DNA from: Abyssicoccus albus
GTDB taxonomy: Bacteria; Bacillota; Bacilli; Staphylococcales; Abyssicoccaceae
Length of the DNA: 32,000 bases
Direction: 5' to 3'
NCBI RefSeq assembly: GCF_003815035.1
Contig: NZ_RKRK01000002.1
Span: forward strand, 775,956 to 807,955
Below the pieces are notes generated by a model. It saw nothing but the letters and a program-made list of their open reading frames with translations. It was not told the DNA's origin and did not search any database. Shown in pieces: positions 27,549-32,000 of this stretch (position 1 is its first letter; each line of letters starts with the position of its first letter). The position numbers and the translations under genes were made by a program.

Positions 27549-29372
27549 TTATTCATCATCCATCTTCAATACAGCAAGGAATGCTTCTTGTGGAATCTCC
27601 ACCGAGCCAACAGCTTTCATCTTCGCTTTTCCGGCTTTTTGTTTTTCTAATAATTTACGTTTACGTGAAATATCTCCACCGTAACATTTACTCAATACAT
27701 TTTTACCCATAGATTTAATATTTGTTCTTGAAATAATCTTTTGACCAATGGCTGCTTGAACTGGTACTTCAAATTGCTGTCGTGGAATTAACGTTTTCAA
27801 TTTTTCAACGATTGCTTTACCACGTTCATATGCAAAGTCACGATGTACAATAAAGCTTAGCGCATCGACTTGATCACCGTTCAATAAGATATCCATTTTC
27901 ACAAGCTTACTTTCTTGATATCCTGACAATTCGTAATCGAATGATGCATAACCTTTCGTATTAGACTTTAATTGGTCAAAGAAATCAAAGACGATTTCCG
28001 ATAACGGAATTTCATAAATAATATTGACACGAATATCGTCTAAATAGTCCATAGTCATAAAATTACCACGTTTTTTCTGGCATAATTCCATCACCGACCC
28101 CACAAAATCATTCGGTACCATAATTTCTGCTTTAACATATGGCTCTTCAATTTTATCGATTTTTTGCGGATCTGGCATCTGTGCTGGATTATCAACTTCT
28201 ATCATATGACCGTCAGTCGTATAAACATGATAAATTACAGAAGGTGCTGTCGCGATCAATTCAATACCAAATTCTCTTTCAATACGTTCTTGGATAATCT
28301 CCATATGCAATAAACCAAGGAACCCTGCACGAAAACCAAATCCTAGCGCTTGAGACGTCTCAGGTTCATATTGTAGTGATGAATCATTCAGTTCTAGCTT
28401 TTCCAATGCATCACGTAAGTCATTGTAATCTCCACTATCGATTGGATAGATTCCACAGAATACCATTGGGTTCATCTTTTTATAACCTGGAAGTGCTTCA
28501 GGGGTTGGGTTTGCTGCGTGAGTCATCGTATCACCAACTCTAGCATCACTGACATTTTTAATACTCGCTACGACAAAACCGACATCACCAACATTCAATT
28601 CATCCACTCGCATTGGCTTCGGTGTATTGATACCGACTTCAGTCACTTCGAATTCTTTGCCCGTCGCCATCATTTTGATTTTTTCACCAGGTTTGACTGA
28701 ACCGTCAACAATCCTTACCGAAGAAATGACACCTTTATATGCATCATAAACTGAATCAAAAATTAACGCTTTTAGGGGTGCATTAGGATCTCCGTTTGGC
28801 GCTGGAACGTTCTGGACAACTTGCTCCAATATTTCTTCGATACCGATATTTGCTTTCGCACTTGCAAGGACTGCTTCACTAGCGTCAATTCCAATAACAT
28901 TTTCTATTTCATCACGAACAACTTCTGGTTGGGCTGCAGGTAAGTCAATTTTGTTAATGACAGGTAATAATTCAAGATCATTATCTAATGCTAAATAAAC
29001 ATTCGCTAACGTCTGTGCTTCAATACCTTGTGCTGCGTCGACAACTAATATGGCTCCTTCACACGCTGCAAGAGATCTAGACACTTCGTATGTAAAATCG
29101 ACATGCCCAGGTGTATCAATTAAATGGAAAATATATTCTTCTCCATCTTTTGCAACGTACTTTAATTGAACAGCATTTAATTTAATTGTAATCCCACGTT
29201 CACGTTCCAAATCCATCGAATCTAATAATTGTGATTTCATTTCACGGCTTTCAACCGTTTTTGTATTTTCTAATAAGCGATCAGCGAGCGTTGATTTGCC
29301 GTGATCAATATGTGCAATGATTGAAAAATTCCTTATATGTTTTTGTCTTTCACTCTTATTTTCAAAAGTCAT
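27549..29372 (-). CDS. lepA: Translation elongation factor 4 (LepA)
   Basis: GTPase motifs [14 protein letters not shown] and NKID, plus the LepA-specific C-terminal domain; 607 aa. Confidence 0.97.
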   Translation of the reverse strand: MTFENKSERQKHIRNFSIIAHIDHGKSTLADRLLENTKTVESREMKSQLLDSMDLERERGITIKLNAVQLKYVAKDGEEYIFHLIDTPGHVDFTYEVSRSLAACEGAILVVDAAQGIEAQTLANVYLALDNDLELLPVINKIDLPAAQPEVVRDEIENVIGIDASEAVLASAKANIGIEEILEQVVQNVPAPNGDPNAPLKALIFDSVYDAYKGVISSVRIVDGSVKPGEKIKMMATGKEFEVTEVGINTPKPMRVDELNVGDVGFVVASIKNVSDARVGDTMTHAANPTPEALPGYKKMNPMVFCGIYPIDSGDYNDLRDALEKLELNDSSLQYEPETSQALGFGFRAGFLGLLHMEIIQERIEREFGIELIATAPSVIYHVYTTDGHMIEVDNPAQMPDPQKIDKIEEPYVKAEIMVPNDFVGSVMELCQKKRGNFMTMDYLDDIRVNIIYEIPLSEIVFDFFDQLKSNTKGYASFDYELSGYQESKLVKMDILLNGDQVDALSFIVHRDFAYERGKAIVEKLKTLIPRQQFEVPVQAAIGQKIISRTNIKSMGKNVLSKCYGGDISRKRKLLEKQKAGKAKMKAVGSVEIPQEAFLAVLKMDDE

Positions 29373-29451
29373 CCAATAATCCTACTTTCTATTAAGCTCC
29401 GTAATTATACGTTTGATTATATCAATTAGAACGCTTAGTTTCAATCTTCTA

Positions 29452-29480
29452 TTGCATTGTCCTGTTTATTTTGATAAAAT
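29452..29480 (+). promoter_or_regulatory. Candidate rpsT promoter, TTGCAT-17-TAAAAT
   Basis: TTGCAT at 29452-29457, a 17-nt spacer, TAAAAT at 29475-29480, 68 nt upstream of the rpsT ATG. Confidence 0.45.
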
Positions 29481-29547
29481 GTTTTTTGTTGCAATCAATT
29501 TATAAGATTGGTTAGACAGGGATATATTTTGTTCGGAGGTGAAATAA

Positions 29548-29799
29548 ATGCCAAATATTAAATCAGCAATTAAGCGTGTAACGACTTCACAAACTCGTCA
29601 TGACCGTAATATCGCTCAAAAGAACGAAATGCGTACTGCAGTCAAAAAAGCATTAGCTGCAAAATCTGAAGGGTCAGACAACGCTCAAGACTTATTAAAC
29701 AACGCAATTAAATTAGTTGATAAAGCGAACCAAAGCAACTTAATTCATACGAATAAAGCCGCTCGCCTTAAATCTAAATTAATGAGCAAAAACGCATAA
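29548..29799 (+). CDS. rpsT: 30S ribosomal protein S20
   Basis: MPNIKSAIKRV...; 83 aa and basic; SD GGAGGTG upstream. Confidence 0.96.
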   Translation: MPNIKSAIKRVTTSQTRHDRNIAQKNEMRTAVKKALAAKSEGSDNAQDLLNNAIKLVDKANQSNLIHTNKAARLKSKLMSKNA

Positions 29800-29807
29800 T
29801 AATGCAC

Positions 29808-29849
29808 AAAAAGAACAGGATTCTAACCTTAGAATCCTGTTCTTTTTTG
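29808..29849. terminator. Bidirectional terminator shared by rpsT (+) and holA (-)
   Basis: AAGAACAGGATTCTAA-CC-TTAGAATCCTGTTCTT forms a 16-bp perfect stem flanked by an A-run on the 5' side and a T-run on the 3' side. Confidence 0.85.
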
Positions 29850-29855
29850 TAAATA

Positions 29856-30818
29856 TTATAAATTAGCAACATACAATTGCATAACCGCTTCTTTATCTAG
29901 TGCTGTATCTTTCAGTTTAAAATCAAGCTCGGCACAAATATTTAACATCGCCAGTATATCCATTAACTCTAATCGATGACATTGCTCTAATGCTAATTGA
30001 ATTCTGAAGTGGTGAACACCAAGTGTTTTTCCAATTTCGAATTTATTCATCCCTTTCATACTTAATAGCTTTGTTTGGTAATACAACCTATATTGAGAAG
30101 CAATTAAACCAAGTAAAGCAATTGGCTCTTCTTTTCTTAAAATTAATTCACTTATCTTTTTAGCAGCAAGTTGTTTTTTTCCTGATTTAATTAAGTCAGT
30201 TAGTATGTAAATCTCTTCTTCGATTGATTCAGGTACAATATCGTTAATCGCCTCTAATGTAATCACTCTCGAATCGTACGTGTATGTTTTCAACTTCTCA
30301 ATTTCTATATCAGCTTGTTGAAGGTTCACACCAATTCTTTCGATAAATCTTTTCATCGCTGGTTGATCCATCGTGTAGTCGTCTTTAGCAAGTTGCTCTG
30401 TGATATAATGACTGAATTGACGCTCAGAAGGAGGTTCAACCGCAGTTGCTCGGTGAGAAGATTCTATCAGTTTTGTAATTTTTTTTCGACCATCTAATTT
30501 TTCTTGATACACTTCGAAAATGACATGATTATCTACTTGTTGCTCTAACAAGTCTAACCACATCGATATTTCTTCTTTCGTCACTTGTTTATCCTTTGAA
30601 CCGGTAAACATTGTTGCGTTCTTAATGACAACAACTTTCTCTAGTGAGAACATTGGAAGTGTTAATATTTCCTCAATCACTTCATTTGTCGTATTATGTT
30701 CTAAAGACATTACCACACAATTAAATTCATCACGTGGTTCAGATAATAACGATTTAATTCGTTCATCTCTAGTTCTTTTAACCATTTGCTCGTCATTTGA
30801 ATAGAGTATTTCAATCAT
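29856..30818 (-). CDS. holA: DNA polymerase III delta subunit
   Basis: 320 aa. Its position between comEC/yqzM and rpsT is as in Bacillus and Staphylococcus, and the overall HolA-like sequence (..LPMFSLEKVVVIKNATMFTG.., C-terminal helical domain) fits. Confidence 0.85.
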   Translation of the reverse strand: MIEILYSNDEQMVKRTRDERIKSLLSEPRDEFNCVVMSLEHNTTNEVIEEILTLPMFSLEKVVVIKNATMFTGSKDKQVTKEEISMWLDLLEQQVDNHVIFEVYQEKLDGRKKITKLIESSHRATAVEPPSERQFSHYITEQLAKDDYTMDQPAMKRFIERIGVNLQQADIEIEKLKTYTYDSRVITLEAINDIVPESIEEEIYILTDLIKSGKKQLAAKKISELILRKEEPIALLGLIASQYRLYYQTKLLSMKGMNKFEIGKTLGVHHFRIQLALEQCHRLELMDILAMLNICAELDFKLKDTALDKEAVMQLYVANL

Positions 30819-30920
30819 AAGGTCACACCCATGTGTAAATTTCTGATGAATAAATTGAAATATTCATAGATTTATTATTTATTTTATCATATAATACTAA
30901 TTAAATAGGAGGGATTTTAC

Positions 30921-31055
30921 GTGAACAAATTTGAACATGACGTACAATCTAAAAATAACGACGTAGCAGATTCAGCCATTGGATTCTTAACAATGTTTGG
31001 GTGTCTTGCAACAATTTATATCATTGCACAAGTTTTCCAAATTGTCGCAGGTTAG
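30921..31055 (+). CDS. yqzM: YqzM-family small membrane protein (44 aa)
   Basis: GTG 30921 follows SD TAGGAGGG (30906-30913). The translation is (M)NKFEHDVQSKNNDVADSAIGFLTMFGCLATIYIIAQVFQIVAG*. It resembles B. subtilis YqzM, which also sits between comEC and holA on the opposite strand. It is below the ORF-track cutoff. Confidence 0.7.
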   Translation: MNKFEHDVQSKNNDVADSAIGFLTMFGCLATIYIIAQVFQIVAG

Positions 31056-31111
31056 TCACAGGTTAATCACTTTTTATCATTTAATGACAGGAGTAATCGT
31101 AGAATACACGG

Positions 31112-32000
31112 TTACTCCTTTTCGTTGCCAACGATCCTCTTTTTATGCCTCTTATCCTTATAATGTTTAATTTTTAATCTGTCATGACTGTTTCGCATTT
31201 CAATCATGCCTAATTCATCTGTTCGATAAATTTTAGAGTTTTGTTTATTCAATCTTTCAATGACATTTTCATTCGGATGTTGATATCGATTATGCTCTCC
31301 AACACTGATGACACTAATTTTAGGTTGAATTTCTTCTAGCAACGCCTCACTCGTCGCATCATCACTTCCATGATGACTGACCTTTAAAACGTCAACATTG
31401 AACTGAGATACATAAGGTAAAAGTCGAGTCTCCTTTATCCTATTAATATCTCCTGTCAATAAATAATCTACTTCATGATCAACATGTACCACCATTGAAT
31501 AATAGTTATCAAACCCATCCTTATTGTGAAACATATGATCATCTTTAAATGGTGACAGTATCGTATATCGTGTATTACCGAATTGAAAGTAATCTCCGAA
31601 TCTAACCGGTATTACGTCTACATCATATTGACTCATCATGTTAAGCCAATATAATTTCTTCTCTGTATCAATATCTGGTATATAAATTTTGTCCACAGTA
31701 AAATCTTTTAGTACATATTGAATGTTTCCTATATGGTCGGCATCGAAATGAGTCAGCATTATTGCATCAATATGATGAATGCCTCTTTTCTTTAATACAT
31801 CCCTTACTGTAAATTGATAATTGCTTTCTTTGATTGGAATTTGGTTCGGTTGAGATATATTAAGCTGATTTAAATCCACTTGTCCACCTACATCAACCAT
31901 AATATTCTTCCCTATTTTACGGTGTTCGATTAATGTTGCATCCCCTTGCCCAACATCTATGAATGATACAACCATATCATCTTGATAATATAATAGATGA
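31112..32000 (-). CDS. comEC: Competence protein ComEC, C-terminal metallo-beta-lactamase domain; the 5' part lies beyond the window end
   Basis: MBL motifs FIDVGQGDA, THFDADHIG and SHHGS. The reading frame stays open upstream of the tracked Met (..HLLYYQDDMVVSF..) to position 32000. Confidence 0.9.
   Translation of the reverse strand, partial: HLLYYQDDMVVSFIDVGQGDATLIEHRKIGKNIMVDVGGQVDLNQLNISQPNQIPIKESNYQFTVRDVLKKRGIHHIDAIMLTHFDADHIGNIQYVLKDFTVDKIYIPDIDTEKKLYWLNMMSQYDVDVIPVRFGDYFQFGNTRYTILSPFKDDHMFHNKDGFDNYYSMVVHVDHEVDYLLTGDINRIKETRLLPYVSQFNVDVLKVSHHGSDDATSEALLEEIQPKISVISVGEHNRYQHPNENVIERLNKQNSKIYRTDELGMIEMRNSHDRLKIKHYKDKRHKKRIVGNEKE

Overview
This is an AT-rich segment of a Firmicutes chromosome. 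Gene content and order match Staphylococcaceae; DnaK, SigA and the YSIRK/LPXTG adhesin remnant look staphylococcal, but the species cannot be determined. All identifications come from motifs and synteny I recognise by eye, because no searches could be run.

About 27 genes are core housekeeping genes. Nearly all are on the minus strand in the conserved Bacillales order: comEC, yqzM(+), holA, rpsT(+), lepA, hemW, hrcA-grpE-dnaK-dnaJ, prmA, rsmE, mtaB, rpsU, nfeD-floA plus a Lys-rich gene, phoH, ybeY, dgkA, cdd, era, recO, then yqfL, dnaG and rpoD (partial).

The only accessory-looking DNA is a 6.9-kb patch between yqfL and recO (3586-10521). It holds:
- a T-box-controlled glyS flipped to the + strand
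- a GNAT gene fragment
- a 5'-truncated, frameshifted lctP
- an intact mqo/lqo-type oxidoreductase
- a 33-codon ORF missed by the track
- a heavily eroded YSIRK/CNA-B/LPXTG adhesin gene behind a perfect 36-bp palindrome
- an AlkD-like DNA alkylation repair gene

I found no tRNA, rRNA, CRISPR array, IS element, integrase, defence locus, secretion locus or biosynthetic cluster, and I cannot honestly point to a convincing novel multi-gene system. The best leads are the synteny-breaking decay patch, the uncharacterised disordered protein coupled to nfeD-floA, the palindromic operator-like site, the oddly organised glyS T-box leader with its repeat-rich spacer, and a short AT-rich motif shared by three intergenic regions.
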